Source: Raillietiella orientalis (taxonomy: Eukaryota). From it: DNA of 64,000 nt. The stretch lies in NCBI GenBank assembly GCA_036172245.1, contig JAYWIR010000007.1, positions 3,534,001 to 3,598,000 on the forward strand, in the 5' to 3' direction. Positions 24,501-37,961 of the stretch are shown one piece after another. Made by a program: the position numbers and the translations under genes. Position 1 is the first letter of the stretch. Every line of letters starts with the position of its first letter. The notes beneath the pieces are model-generated. The model searched no databases, was not told the origin of the DNA, and was given only the letters and a program-made list of their open reading frames with translations.

Positions 24501-27500
24501 CAAGTGCAACTCTGGAGGAGGGAAAAGGGAGAAAAGCGCATCACGGACTTTCGTCGAGGAGCTTCCTCGGGGGGAAGGTTAGCTCCCGAGGGGTCGGCGT
24601 GCCTGCGAGGAGAGATTCGTCGAGATGTTCCTATAATGGTTTTTTGGCCAACTGAAGCGACTCTTCAAGGGAAACGTGGGAAGACACAAAGCGAAGCATG
24701 GAACGCGGAGAGCTCCGCTGGCCGTGGCGGCCCACAGACGACTCGGCGGAATCGCCGGGGCAACTCGGCCGACCGGAACTACTTTCAGATGCACCACAAC
24801 GCATGCACTTTCACGCTCCAGACGACGAAGTGCGGAATGGGAAGCAAGGGAAGTGGGACCTTGCAAGGAGGAGAAGTATCCTAGGATTGGGTCTGGAGAA
24901 ACAGGAAGGAAAAGCTCGCCTTAGAGCAACAGGCCCGCTCGGCGGTAGCGAGCGCTGAGCTCAGCAGGACGCACGGAAGAGGCGTGCCGGGGCAAACAGC
25001 GCCTCAACCGTCAAGGGGAGCGGCAACCTGGCAGCGGCATGTTCCGATGGGGGATCACGGACCAAGCAGCGCATCCAGAAACTGGGAATTCCAATGATGG
25101 GTGTTCGATCGCAGTGACTTCGAAGCTCACTCCACTTGGCACGCCAAGTGCAACTCTAGAGGAGGGAAAAGGGAGAAAAGCGCATCACGGACTTTCGTCG
25201 AGGAGCTTCCTCGGGGGGAAGGTTAGCTCCCGATGGGTCGCCGTGCCTGCGAGGAGAGATTCGTCGAGATGTTCCTATAATGGTTTGTTGGCCAACTGAA
25301 GCGACTCTTCAAGGGAAACGTGAGAAGACACAAAGCGAAGCATGGAACGCGGAGAGCCCGCTGGCCGTGGCGGCCCACAGACGACCGGCGGAATCGCCGG
25401 GGCAACTCGGCCGTCCGGAACTACTTCCAGATGCACCACAACGCTTGCACTTTCACGCTCCAGACGACGAAGTGCGGAATGGGAAGCAACTGAAGTGGGA
25501 ACTTGCAAGGAGGGGAAGTATCCTAGGATTGGGTTTGGAGAAACAGGAAGGGAAAGCTCGCCTTAGAGCAACAGGCCCGCTCGGCGGTAGCGAGCGCGGA
25601 GCTCAGCAGGACGCACGGAAGAGGCGTGCCGGGGCAAACAGCGCCTCAACCGTCAAGGGGAGCGGCAACCTGGCAGCGGCATGTTCCGATGGGGGATCAG
25701 GGACCAAGCAGCGCATCCAGAAACTGGGAATTCCAATGATGGGTGTTCGATCGTAGTGACTTCGAAGCTCACTCCACTTGGCACGCCAAGTGCAACTCTG
25801 GAGGAGGAAAAGGGAGAAAAGGCATCACGGACTTTCGTCGAGGAGCTTCCTCGGGGGAAGGTTAGCTCCCGAGGGGTCGCCGTGCCTGCGAGGAGAGATT
25901 CGTCGAGATGTTCCTATAATGGTTTTTGGCCAACTGAAGCGACTCTTCAAGGGAAACGTGGGAAGACACAAAAGCGAAGCAGAACGGAGAGCCCGCTGGC
26001 CGTGGCGGCCTACAGACGACCGGCGGAATCGCCGGGGCAACTCCGGTCAGGACCGGAACTACTTCCAGATGCACCAGAACGCTTGCACTTTCACGCTTCA
26101 GACAACGAAGTGCGGAATGGGAAGCAAGGGAAGTGGGAACTTGCAAGGAGGGGAAGTATCCTAGGATTGGGGCTCGAGAAACAGGAAGGAAAAGCTCGCC
26201 TTAGAGCAACAGGCCCGCTCGGCGGTAGCGAGCGCTGAGCTCAGCAGGACGCACGGAAGAGGCGTGCCGGGGGAAACAGCGCCTCAACCGTCAAGGGGAG
26301 CGGCAACCTGGCAGCGGCATGTTCCGATGGGGGATCAGGGACCAAGCAGCGCATCCAGAAACTGGGAATTCCAATGTTGGGTGGTCGATCGTAGTGACTT
26401 CGAAGCTCACTCCACTTGGCACGCCAAGTGCAACTCTGGAGGAGGGAAAAGGGAGAAAAGCGCATCACGGACTGTCGTCGAGGAGCTTCCTCGGGGGGAA
26501 GGTTAGCTCCCGAGGGGTCGCCGTGCCTGCGAGGAGAGATTCGTCGAGATGTTCCTATAATGGTTTTTTGGCCAACTGAAGCGACTCTTCAAGGGAAACG
26601 TGGGAAGACACAAAGCGAAGCATGGAACGCGGAGCCCGCTGGCCGTGGCGGCCCACAGACGACCGGCGGAATCGCCGGGGCAACTCGGCCGACCGGAACT
26701 ACTTCCAGATGCACCAGAACGCTTGCACTTTCACGCTTCAGACAACGAAGTGCGGAATGGGAAGCAAGGGAAGTGGGACCTTGCAAGGAGGGGACGTATC
26801 CTAGGATTGGGGCTCGAGAAACAGGAAGGAAAAGCTCGCCTTAGAGCAACAGGCCCGCTCGGCGGTAGCGAGCGCTGAGCTCAGCAGGACGCACGGAAGA
26901 GGCGTGCCGGGGGAAACAGCGCCTCAACCGTCAAGGGGAGCGGCAACCTGGCAGCGGTATGTTCCGATGGGGGATCAGGGACCAAGCTGCGCATCCAGAA
27001 ACTGGGAATTCCAATGTTGGGTGGTCGATCGTAGTGACTTCGAAGCTCACTCCACTTGGCACGCCAAGTGCAACTCTGGAGGAGGGAAAAGGGAGAAAAG
27101 CGCATCACGGACTTTCGTCGAGGAGCTTCCTCGGGGGGAAGGTTAGCTCCCGAGGGGTCGCCGTGCCTGCGAGGAGAGATTCGTCGAGATGTTCCTATAA
27201 TGGTTTTTTGGCCAACTGAAGCGACTCTTCAAGGGAAACGTGGGAAGACACAAAGCGAAGCATGGAACGCGGAGAGCCCGCTGGCCGTGGCGGCCCACAG
27301 ACGACCGGCGGAATCGCCGGGGCACCTCGGCCGACCGGAACTACTTCCAGATGCACCAGAACGCTTGCACTTTCACGCTTCAGACAACGAAGTGCGGAAT
27401 GGGAAGCAAGGGAAGTGGGAACTTGCAAGGAGGGGAAGTATCCTAGGATTGGGGCTCGAGAAACAGGAAGGAAAAGCTCGCCTTAGAGCAACAGGCCCGC

Positions 27501-30500
27501 TCGGCGGTAGCGAGCGCTGAGCTCAGCAGGACGCACGGAAGAGGCGTGCCGGGGGAAACAGCGCCTCAACCGTCAAGGGGAGCGGCAACCTGGCAGCGGC
27601 ATGTTCCGATGGGGGATCAGGGACCAAGCAGCGCATCCAGAAACTGGGAATTCCAATGTTGGGTGGTCGATCGTAGTGACTTCGAAGCTCACTCCACTTG
27701 GCACGCCAAGTGCAACTCTGGAGGAGGGAAAAGGGCGAAAAGCGCATCACGGACTTTCGTCGAGGAGCTTCCTCGGGGGGAAGGTTAGCTCCCGAGGGGT
27801 CGCCGTGCCTGCGAGGAGAGATTCGTCGAGATGTTCCTATAATGGTTTTTTGGCCAACTGAAGCAACTCTTCAAGGGAAACGTGGGAAGACACAAAGCGA
27901 AGCATGGAACGCGGAGAGCCCGCTGGCCGTGGCGGCCCACAGACGACCGGCGGAATCGCCGGGGCAACTCGTGGATGCCAATCTACTTCCAGATGCAATT
28001 CAGGAACGCTTGCACTTTCACGTTTCAGACAACGAAGTGCGGAATGGAAGCAAGGGAAGTGGGAACTTGCAAGGAGGGGAAGTATCCTAGGATTGGGGCT
28101 CGAGAAACAGGAAGGAAAAGCTCGCCTTAGAGCAACAGGCCCGCTCGGCGGTAGCGAGCGCTGAGCTCAGCAGGACGCACGGAAGAGGCGTGCAGGGGGA
28201 AACAGCGCCTCAACCGTCAAGGGGAGCGGCAACCTGGCAGCGGTATGTTCCGATGGGGGATCAGGGACCAAGCTGCGCATCCAGAAACTGGGAATTCCAA
28301 TGTTGGGTGGTCGATCGTAGTGACTTCGAAGCTCACTCCACTTGGCACGCCAAGTGCAACTCTGGAGGAGGGAAAAGGGAGAAAAGCGCATCACGGACTT
28401 TCGTCGAGGAGCTTCCTCGGGGGAAGGGGTTAGCCCGAGGGTCGCCGTGCCTGCGAGGAGAGATTCGTCGAGATGTTCATATGGTTTTTTTGGCCAACTG
28501 AAGCGACTCTTCAAGGAAACGTGGGAAGACACAAAAGCGAAGCATGGAACGCGGAGAGCTCCGCTGGCCGTGGCGGCCCACAGACGACCGGCGGAATCGC
28601 CGCCGGGCAACTCGGCCGACCGGAACTACTTCCAGATGCACCAGAACGCTTGCACTTTCACGCTTCAGACAACGAAGTGCGGAATGGAAGCAAGGGAAGT
28701 GGGAACTTGCAAGGAGTGGAAGTATCCTAGGATTGGGGGCTCGAGAAACAGGAAGGAAAAGCTCGCCTTAGAGCAATAGGCCCGCTCGGCGGTAGTGAGC
28801 GCTGAGCTCAGCAGGACGCACGGAAGAGGCGTGCCGGGGGAAACAGCGCCTCAACCGTCAAGGGGAGCGGCAACCTGGCAGCGGTATGTTCCGATGGGGG
28901 ATCAGGGACCAAGCTGCGCATCCCGAAACTGGGAATTCCAATGTTGGGTGGTCGATCGTAGTGACTTCGGTGGTCACTCCACTTGGCACGCCCCACGTCG
29001 TCTGAGGAGGGAAAGGAGAAAAGCGCATCACGGACTTTCGTCGAGGAGCTTCCTCGGGGGAAGGTTAGCTCCGAGGGGTCGGTGTGCCTGCGAGGAGAGA
29101 TTCGTCGAGATGTTCCTATATTGTTTTTTTGGCCAACTTACGCGACTCTTCAAGGGAAACGTGGGAAGACACAAAGCGAAGCATGGAACGCGGAGAGCCC
29201 GCTGGCCGTGGCGGCCCACAGACGACCGGCGGAATCGCCGGGGCAACTCGGCCGACCGGAACTACTTCCAGATGCACCAGAACGCTTGCACTTTCACGCT
29301 TCAGACAACGAAGTGCGGAATGGGAAGCAAGGGAAGTGGGACCTTGCAAGGAGGGGAAGTATCCTAGGATTGGGGCTCGAGAAACAGGAAGGAAAAGCTC
29401 GCCTTAGAGCAACAGGCCCGCTCGGCGGTAGCGAGCGCTGAGCTCAGCAGGACGCACGGAAGAGGCGTGCAGGGGGAAACAGCGCCTCAACCGTCAAGGG
29501 GAGCGGCAACCTGGCAGCGGTATGTTCCGATGGGGGATCAGGGACCAAGCTGCGCATCCAGAAACTGGGAATTCCAATGTTGGGTGGTCGATCGTAGTGA
29601 CTTCGAAGCTCACTCCACTTGGCACGCCAAGTGCAACTCTGGAGGAGGGAACAGGGAGAAAAGCGCATCACGGACTTTCGTCGAGGAGCTTCCTCGGGGG
29701 GAAGGTTAGCTCCCGAGGGGTCGCCGTGCCTGCGAGGAGAGATTCGTCGAGATGTTCCGATAATGGTTTTTTGGCCAACTGAAGCGACTCTTCAAGGGAA
29801 ACGTGGGAAGACACAAAGCGAAGCATGGAACGCGGAGAGCCCGCTGGCCGTGGCGGCTTCACAGACGACCGGCGGAATCGCCGGGCAACTGCCGACCGAA
29901 ACTACTTCCAGATGCACCAGAACGCTTGCACTTTCACGCTTCAGACAACGAAGTGCGGAATGGGAAGCAAGGGAAGTGGAACTTGCAAGGAGGGGAAGTA
30001 TCCTAGGATTGGGGCTCGAGAAACAGGAAGGAAAAGCCTGCCTAGAGCAACAGACCCGCTCGGCGGTAGCGAGCGCTGAGCTCAGCAGGACGCACGGAAG
30101 AGGCGTGCCGGGGGAAACAGCGCCTCAACCGGCTTAAGGGGAGCGGCAACCTGGCAGCGGTATGTTCCGATGGGGGATCAGGGACCAAGCAGCGCATCCA
30201 GAAACTGGGAATTCCAATGTTGGGTGGTCGATCGTAGTGACTTCGAAACTCACTCCACTTGGCACGCCAAGTGCAACTCTGGAGGAGGGAAAAGGGAGAA
30301 AAGCGCATCACGGACTTTCGTCGAGGAGCTTCCTCGGGGGGAAGGTTAGCTCCCGAGGGGTCGCCGTGCCTGCGAGGACAGATTCGTCGAGATGTTCCTA
30401 TAATGGTTTTTTGTCCAACTGAAGACACTCTTCAAGGGAACCGTGCGAAGACACAAAGCGATGCTTTGCTCGCGGAAGGTCCTCTGGCCCTGTCGGCCCT

Positions 30501-30530
30501 CAGACGACGAAGGCAATCGCCCTTCTGGTC
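21506..30530. repeat. Tandem array (macrosatellite) of ~14 units of ~642 bp, LINE-related
   Basis: The word ggcccacagacg (or a close variant) recurs at ~21525, 22168, 22813, 23454, 24086, 24729, 25372, 26007, 26650, 27292, 27934, 28575, 29213 and 29855. Units are nearly identical. Confidence 0.97.
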
Positions 30531-30879
30531 CAGATCGTCTGCTGGATAAGTTGGAACGACTTCACTGTTACGCTTGAAAGGAATCCAATTTAAGGCAATG
30601 CAAAGATCCTCTCTAGTGGAAGGGGCGTGTGGGTGGTTGTGGGTTGCCAAGAAGAGAAACGGATAGGTTGCATGGGAGGGGTTGGCCCGCCAGTGGAAAG
30701 GGGCGCTTTTGTTGTGGAAGGATGCGGAAGCGATGCTATGTCTTCATGGGTGCGTCTGCGCACTCCATGAGGGAGTGCAGTGGAAGCAAAAGTAGGTTTG
30801 TCGTAAAGATCCAAAATTCGAGGGTTCATTCCCCATGAAAAAAGGGCTTTAAAAAAAAGGTGGGGATGTCTGTAATCGG

Positions 30880-31190
30880 TGGGTTTCTTTTTTTTTTCTT
30901 TCTTTCTGTTTTTTTTCTTTTCTTTTTTTGTCTTTTCTTTTTTTGTCTTTTCTTTTTTTGTCTTTTCTTTTTTTTTCTTTTCTTTTTTTGTCTTTTCTTT
31001 TTTTGTCTTTTCTTTTTTTTTTCATCGATTTTTTTTTCTTTTCGTATCTTTTTTTTCTTTTCTTTTCATTTTTTTTCTTTTTTTTGCTTTTGATTTTTTT
31101 TCGTTGCTTTTGATTTTTAATTCGTTTTTTTTTACGTTTCTATATTTTTTATTTCTGAGATTCATTTTTCCATTTTCTTTTGTTTAAAAA
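30880..31190. repeat. T-rich simple repeat (~TTTTTTTGTCTTTTC)n between the two arrays
   Basis: Directly visible. Confidence 0.85.
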
Positions 31191-31489
31191 TTTATGTGAC
31201 TAAGTTCCCGATAAAAATTCAAATCCCTACAGCAATGGTCAATTGGTGAGCGAGTTGCAGATTGAAGTTTTCAACAACATGCCATTCCAACAGAATCAAT
31301 ATTTGCAAAAATCTCAAAAAAGGCGTTGCGAAATTGCAATAACATTCAGATCCCCGTGAAAAAAGTGAAAAAAAGTGGGGAATTCCAGCAAAAATGGAGG
31401 GCCATGCCTAGGGGACAAAATTCAAGTGCACAACGAATAGGACACTTTGGGCAAATAAACCGGAAAAGAATTCCTGACATCGAAGAGGA

Positions 31490-34410
31490 TGGGGGGAGAA
31501 GGGGAGGACATGGGGATGTTCATTTCAAATAGTCATGAACGGGGTGGACTGCTCCTGGAGGGAGCAGCGGGTGCGAAACCGCGTGGTCGTGGTTGACAGA
31601 TCGACTGGTGTGCTGGATGGATCCAGAAGTGAAGCGAACGAACCAACTGTTTCAAGTGGCCTACCTTCACGACCGGTTGTCGTCTTGTGGCTGTCTCCAG
31701 GGATGGATGTATCCTGATCCCGCAGCTTCCAGAGGTGGATGAGGCGTGTTTTTCTTTCTGTTGCTTTTTTTTTTTGTTTTCTCCCTTTTCTTTTTTTTTT
31801 TTTTTTTTCACCTGGAAATGTTGAGGGCACCCATGTAAAGAAAGGCACGCCAATCGTTCCCCAGACAACCGATGCTGTGTGCAATTGGGAGGAGCACGAA
31901 GATCTCCCATATGCACAATCATGATTATTTCTTAGATCCCCTTCCTTCCGGAGAACCGATCGAAATCTTTAAACCATGAAATGACGTTGTTGACCGCTGG
32001 CTGGAATGCTTTCCGGGCCTTGGGATACCGCGGGGAAAAAGGAGGCAGAAACTGTGTAATATGATGCCAGAGGGATCGCAATGCCGCGTCCACAAAGTCG
32101 AACTTCATAACAAGAAGACAATTTGGGGAAATCGAAACGAAATAAATTCGGAACGTCCACGTGGATGGGGGGAGATGGGAGGACTTGGGGATGTTCATTT
32201 CCGATGGTCATGGAGGGCAAGGATTGCTCCTGGAGGGAGCAGCGGGTGCGAAACCGCGTGGTCGGGGTGGACAGATCGACGGGTGTGCTGGATGGATCCA
32301 GAAGTGAAGCGAACGAACCAACTGTTCCAAGTGGCGTACCTTCACGACCGGTTGTCGTCTTGTGGCTGTCTCCAAGGATGGATGTATCCTGATCCCGCAG
32401 CTTCCAGAGGTGGATGAGGCGTGTTTTTCTTTCTGTTGCTTTTTTTTTTTTGTTTTCTCCCTTTTCTTTTTTTTTTTTTTTTTCACCTGGAAATGTTGAG
32501 GGCACCCATGTAAAGAAAGGCACGCCAATCGTTCCCCAGACAACCGATGCTGTGTGCAATTGGGAGGAGCACGAAGATCTCCCATATGCACAATCATTGT
32601 TTCAAGAAAATCCCCTTCCTTCGGAGAACCGATCGAAATCTTTACAAAACCATGAAATGACGTTGGTGACCGCTGGCTGGAATGCTTTCCAGGCCTTGGG
32701 ATGCCGCGGGGGAAAAAGGAGGCAGAAACTGTGTGATATGATGCCAGAGGGATCGCAATGCCGCGTCCACAAAGTCGAACTTCATAACAAGAAGACAATT
32801 TGGGGAAATCGAAACGAAATAAATTCGGAACGTCCACGTGGATGGGGGGAGATGGGAGGACTTGGGGATGTTCATTTCCGATGGTCATGGAGGGCAAGGA
32901 TTGCTCCTGGAGGGAGCAGCGGGTGCGAAACCGCGTGGTCGGGGTGGACAGATCGACGGGTGTGCTGGATGGATCCAGAAGTGAAGCGAACGAACCAACT
33001 GTTCCAAGTGGCGTACCTTCACGACCGGTTGTCGTCTTGTGGCTGTCTCCAGGGATGGATGTATCCTGATCCCGCAGCTTCCAGAGGTGGATGAGGCGTG
33101 TTTTTCTTTCTGTTGCTTTTTTTTTTTGTTTTCTCCCTTTTCTTTTTTTTTTTTTTTTTTCACCTGGAAATGTTGAGGGCACCCATGTAAAGAAAGGCAC
33201 GCCAATCGTTCCCCAGACAACCGATGCTGTGTGCAATTGGGAGGAGCACGAAGATCTCCCATATGCACAATCATTGTTTCAAGAAAATCCCCTTCCTTCG
33301 GAGAACCGATCGAAATCTTTACAAAACCATGAAATGACGTTGGTGACCGCTGGCTGGAATGCTTTCCAGGCCTTGGGATGCCGCGGGGGAAAAAGGAGGC
33401 AGAAACTGTGTGATATGATGCCAGAGGGATCGCAATGCCGCGTCCACAAAGTCCAACTTCATAACAAGAAGACAATTTGGGGAAATCGAAACGAAATAAA
33501 TTCGGAACGTCCACGTGGATGTGGGGAGATGGGGAGGACTTGGGGATGTTCATTTCCGATGGTCATGGAGGGCAAGGATTGCTCCTGGAGGGAGCAGCGG
33601 GTGCGAAACCGCGTGGTCGGGGTGGACAGATCGACGGGTGTGCTGGATGGATCCAGAAGTGAAGCGAACGAACCAACTGTTCCAAGTGGCGTACCTTCAC
33701 GACCGGTTGTCGTCTTGTGGCTGTCTCCAAGGATGGATGTATCCTGATCCCGCAGCTTCCAGAGGTGGATGAGGCGTGTTTTTCTTTCTGTTGCTTTTTT
33801 TTTTTTTTTTTCTCCCTTTTCTTTTTTTTTTTTTTTTTTTCACCTGGAAATGTTGAGGGCACCCATGTAAAGAAAGGCACGCCAATCGTTCCCCAGACAA
33901 CCGATGCTGTGTGCAATTGGGAGGAGCACGAAGATCTCCCATATGCACAATCATTGTTTCAAGAAAATCCCCTTCCTTCGGAGAACCGATCGAAATCTTT
34001 ACAAAACCATGAAATGACGTTGGTGACCGCTGGCTGGAATGCTTTCCAGGCCTTGGGATGCCGCGGGGGAAAAAGGAGGCAGAAACTGTGTGATATGATG
34101 CCAGAGGGATCGCAATGCCGCGTCCACAAAGTCGAACTTTATAACAAGAGGACAATTTGGGGAAATCGAAACGAAATAAATTCCGAACGTCCACGTGGAT
34201 GGGGGGAGATGGGGAGGACCTGGGGATGTTCATTTCCGATGGTCATGGAGTGCAAGGATTGGTCCTGGAGGGAGCAGCGGGTGCGAAACCGCGTGGTCGG
34301 GGTGGACAGATCGACGGGTGTGCAGGATGGATCCAGAAGTGAAGCGAACGAACCAACTGTTCCGAGTGGCCTACCTTCACGAGCGGTTGGCTTCTTGTGG
34401 CTGTCTCACT
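31490..34410. repeat. Tandem array of ~4.3 units of ~677 bp, resembling a LINE 3' region
   Basis: ggggatgttcattt recurs at ~31512, 32187, 32864, 33542 and 34222. Each unit has a poly-T tract and a hairpin. Confidence 0.95.
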
Positions 34411-34849
34411 TGGATTCGGTAGTTTCGCTGTAGTGGATGGGAATGGGAGGTTGTGTTTTTTTTTGGTGACCTCCAATGTATGCTTCCCCACTTTGTGGAC
34501 TGCTCTTCTGCTTCTGCGTTGCTCTCATGTCTTCACTATTCAGCGCACTTCGTGTCCACTCTTTTAAATGTTGTCTATTGAAAATGAGGTGATAACTGAT
34601 GGTGGGATATGTGGTTTCCATGGTTGTGTTTTTGTTGGGCCTTCTTTTGCGCATGATTCGCCCTTTGCTCTGTTGATCCTCATATTGTGATTTTTTTTTT
34701 TTATCTGAGATTGTCATGGTTTCTTTCAACAGAGACTTTGATCATGCATATTTTCCGTGGCATTCTTTGTTGAAATTGAAAACACATGGGAATTCCACAA
34801 TATGGTCGTCATATGGTTTTCGTGGTTGCACATTTGGTGCTGCCAGTTT

Positions 34850-37800
34850 CAGGAGAGTTGCCATGAACGAGTGCAGAGACTGGTGAGGTCCTTTCCTTCG
34901 CCTAAACGGAAGGGAGAACCGAAAGGAAAATAAACCAAAGGAATGGAAAATTGGGTGGAAGGGGTTGTTTCTTGGGGAATGGAGGTATGGGAGTGGACCA
35001 CTGTTTGCCTGGATCGGACCTCGACATCCTGTTCAGGATACTGACGATGGCTGCTTTGAAATTTCTCCGTTGTGGTGATGATTTTGACACGCTCTCGAAA
35101 AAGATCGTTGTCGAGTGCATTGCATCCCTGCTTTTTTGTCTTCTTTTTTGGCGTTCCACGTTTCCACTTTTCCGCGTCCACAGCAGAGATGTGCTAGAGA
35201 CGCAGCGTAGGGCAGAGCATTACGTTTGAAGAGGGCGGTAAAATATTTTAAGGGCCGCCTGCTGGAAGATTCACAATGGACAAGAATCGATCGCAAAGTT
35301 CACGGTGAACGACGCAGTCGAATACGAGATGCGGGAAGGTTCCCCTTCCACCACACTCTGCATAACGGGCAGCCTCGCTCCCTACTATCCAGTGCGAGAG
35401 GCTTGCTCTGCATAGGATTCCCCCATGCAGGAATAGAAACGCCATCTCTTGCCACTCCATTAAAAGGGTGCTACTGTGCCAATATGCTGGGGGTCACTTC
35501 ACCTCCTCCGGTTGTATTCCGAGGAGGTCTCCTCAGCGCATGTGTTCTTTAGACGCGATACTCGGGGTCGCAGCGTCCACTGCCTGCCGTGTTGTCCATG
35601 CTTTCGTTAGTTTTTTCCTGCTTCCAATAAGGCAGGACACTTCCCACGATGCTCGTTCGTTTCTGTCTCTGGCGTACCTGATTTAGAGCAGCACGGGAGC
35701 AAGGGGGATGGATTAAGGCCACAGGAATTTGCGTGGGTTGTTTACCATCTCCCGCAGGGGCTGTCGAGTGCAAGGGCCTCGTCGGAGGCAGGGGGTATCC
35801 GCCTCGCTCGAACCATCGAGTTTTCCTCATGCGGAAACTGACACCTGAAGCCAGGCAGTACAGTTGGCAGGGAGGCAGGAGTTCCACGTGTTGTTCCTTA
35901 TGAGAACTATCATGTGGTGCAGCTGATGGCCGCATTAACCCAGGCTGCGTTTGTATGTTACGACGATCGAAGACAATCCTTCGCAGCCGGTCACTCTGCT
36001 GGCGAGGAGTCGTGCGGGTTCGCACCATGGCGTTGTCCACAACTTCGCCGTAAGGACGAGTCTTGGAGATTGGAGCTGTCGCTCCATGCACCCCAGCGTA
36101 AGGAGACCCAATCCACCGTCCCGGCGTGGAGAGTACAAGTCATTGAATCGGATGAGGTTCCTCGCTGTTCCCCACAGCCCAGCGGCGCAGCAGCTCGAAG
36201 AAATCGTCGAGCTCTGATGCCGGGGTGGACCCGGGGAGCAGGAGCAGAAGGTCTTCGGCATAGGCCGACACGGCAGGCGTGCCGGGACACGAGCTCGGCA
36301 GGGTTGCCAAAGTTTCCCCGTATGCTCTCGGCACCAACTCAAAGCAGATGCTGAAGAACAGGCGGCTCAGGCTGTCACCCTGCCTTATGCCTACTACAGC
36401 TCCGTCTCTACTTCAGGAATGCCGAAGACTGGCGGAACGCAGAGCAGGGGCCGAAAGGCAGACCTGACAATCCGGGTCGGCCAGCTTGCTGGACGCCCAA
36501 GGCCGGGAATGCAAAGTCCCGTTGCTCCTGGAGCCGAGCCGGCACGCCGTACACGTGCCGGCCGCTGAAACGAATATGTATGAGCGCGAAGCGCCAGCAG
36601 GATCGCAGATAGGCCAGGAAGACGGTCGGAAATCCCATGCGTTCCAGGAGTTCCAGAATGAGTTCCTGGGGCTACCTGGTAGCTAGCAAAGACTGGCTCT
36701 ATTTCACGGGCTAGGAGTTCCAGAAGGAGTTCCTGGTCGAAGCAATGGAATGCTTTACTCAAATCGACCGCGAATGCAAGGGCTCCAGACGCGGTTCTTC
36801 GTCCTTGGCCTTCCTTTCTCTGGTCAGAGGAAATTCGAGGATCCTCTTGAGCTGTCTGACCTTCGCGCTGGAGCGACTGCCACCATGGTTCGTTCAAGAA
36901 CAGCGTAGGTCTGGTCCGGACTGACCACGGATTCCACCAGCCGTCCAGGTCGCTCACCCCACAATTTGGCAAGCGAATTCGCGTCCACATTCAGTAGAGT
37001 GATGGGCCGCCAGTTGCCTATGTAGCGTAAGTCTCTTCCTTTCGGAAGAAGACGTACTTTAGCAGACCGGAACGAGTTGGGAACGTCCCCTCGTTCGCGG
37101 ATCAGCATGCCTACTTTGAGCACCAGAGGGACCAGCTCTGCCGCGAAGCATTGGTAAAGCTCCGCCGGCAGGCCGTCTTCCCCTGGTGCCTTTATTTTTT
37201 TGAACTTTTCGATGGCAGAGATGATCGCCATCGAGAAAGGCTCCTGGAGGTGGTTCCTATCCCCATCCCTCAACGCTGGGGTGCCCTCTGGCAGCAATCG
37301 CTGCGCAAAGGCGCGCTCGGGTGTTGCTCTCGCGCAAAGTGAGGAGTAAAAAAACACGCAAGATACGGCTTACCTGCGCTGGGACTTTGCATTCCCGGCC
37401 TTGGGCGTCCAGCAAGCTGGCCGACCCGGATTGTCAGGTCTGCCTTTCGGCCCCTGCTCTGCGTTCCGCCAGTCTTCGGCATTCCTGAAGTAGAGACGGA
37501 GCTGTAGTAGGCCTTCTGGTTCCTGAATCCTTCGCCAAAACCCGGAGGAAGACGGTTCAGAAGTATCTGGTCGTAGAGCTCTCGGACTCTTCATTTGAAC
37601 TCTTCATTTCGTCCCAGTTCGAGATTGTCCACGGTTGGAATTCTCGCAGAAGCGCGCGGAGATCCTCCGCTGGTCCTGAGAGGCGCAACCAGTCCCCTGG
37701 CAGGCGCCACGTTCCAAAGGTGGACCTCTTCCGAGCGGGTATATCTCGAGCACAAGACGCGGGTGGTCGGACAGCTCTGATGGGAGTGCTCCACGATATC

Positions 37801-37960
37801 GCACCCGTGCTCACAGGTGGTCGTCGAGGAACATGGGATCAATGCTGTAGGTCGCCTTGGCATCTCCGGCCAACAAATTGCGCGTGTGCATGGCTGCGCC
37901 CATCTCGGTGACCAGGCGCGCTCGTATATCGGGCGTATCTGCCAGCAGGCGGACGTTAAA
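34850..37960 (-). mobile_element. L1/Tx1-clade LINE ORF2 pseudogene (APE C-terminus, RT, zf-RVT)
   Basis: APE LSDHPRLVL and WRLPGDWL. RT KAPGEDGLPAELY, LLPK...NWRPITLLNVD, DLSKAF, GIRQGDSLS, AYAEDL (YADD variant). An internal deletion follows, then PRRDGGLGL and ECGGRGTFPHLVFDC. Many frameshifts. Confidence 0.92.
36389..37512. repeat. Perfect 132-bp inverted repeat (36389-36520 and 37381-37512)
   Basis: gcctactacagctcc...gcaaagtccc is the reverse complement of gggactttgc...gctgtagtaggc. Confidence 0.93.
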
Positions 37961-37961
37961 G

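Noticed and set aside
30860..31187. Phe-rich membrane-protein-like ORFs
   Set aside because: These are translations of a T-rich simple repeat.
21506..34410. Arrays as CRISPR arrays, retrozymes (hammerhead repeats) or protein-coding repeats
   Set aside because: There is no repeat-spacer structure, and no CUGANGA...GAAA core was found by eye on either strand (closest is CTGAAGCGTGAAA). The many short ORFs are broken differently from unit to unit.
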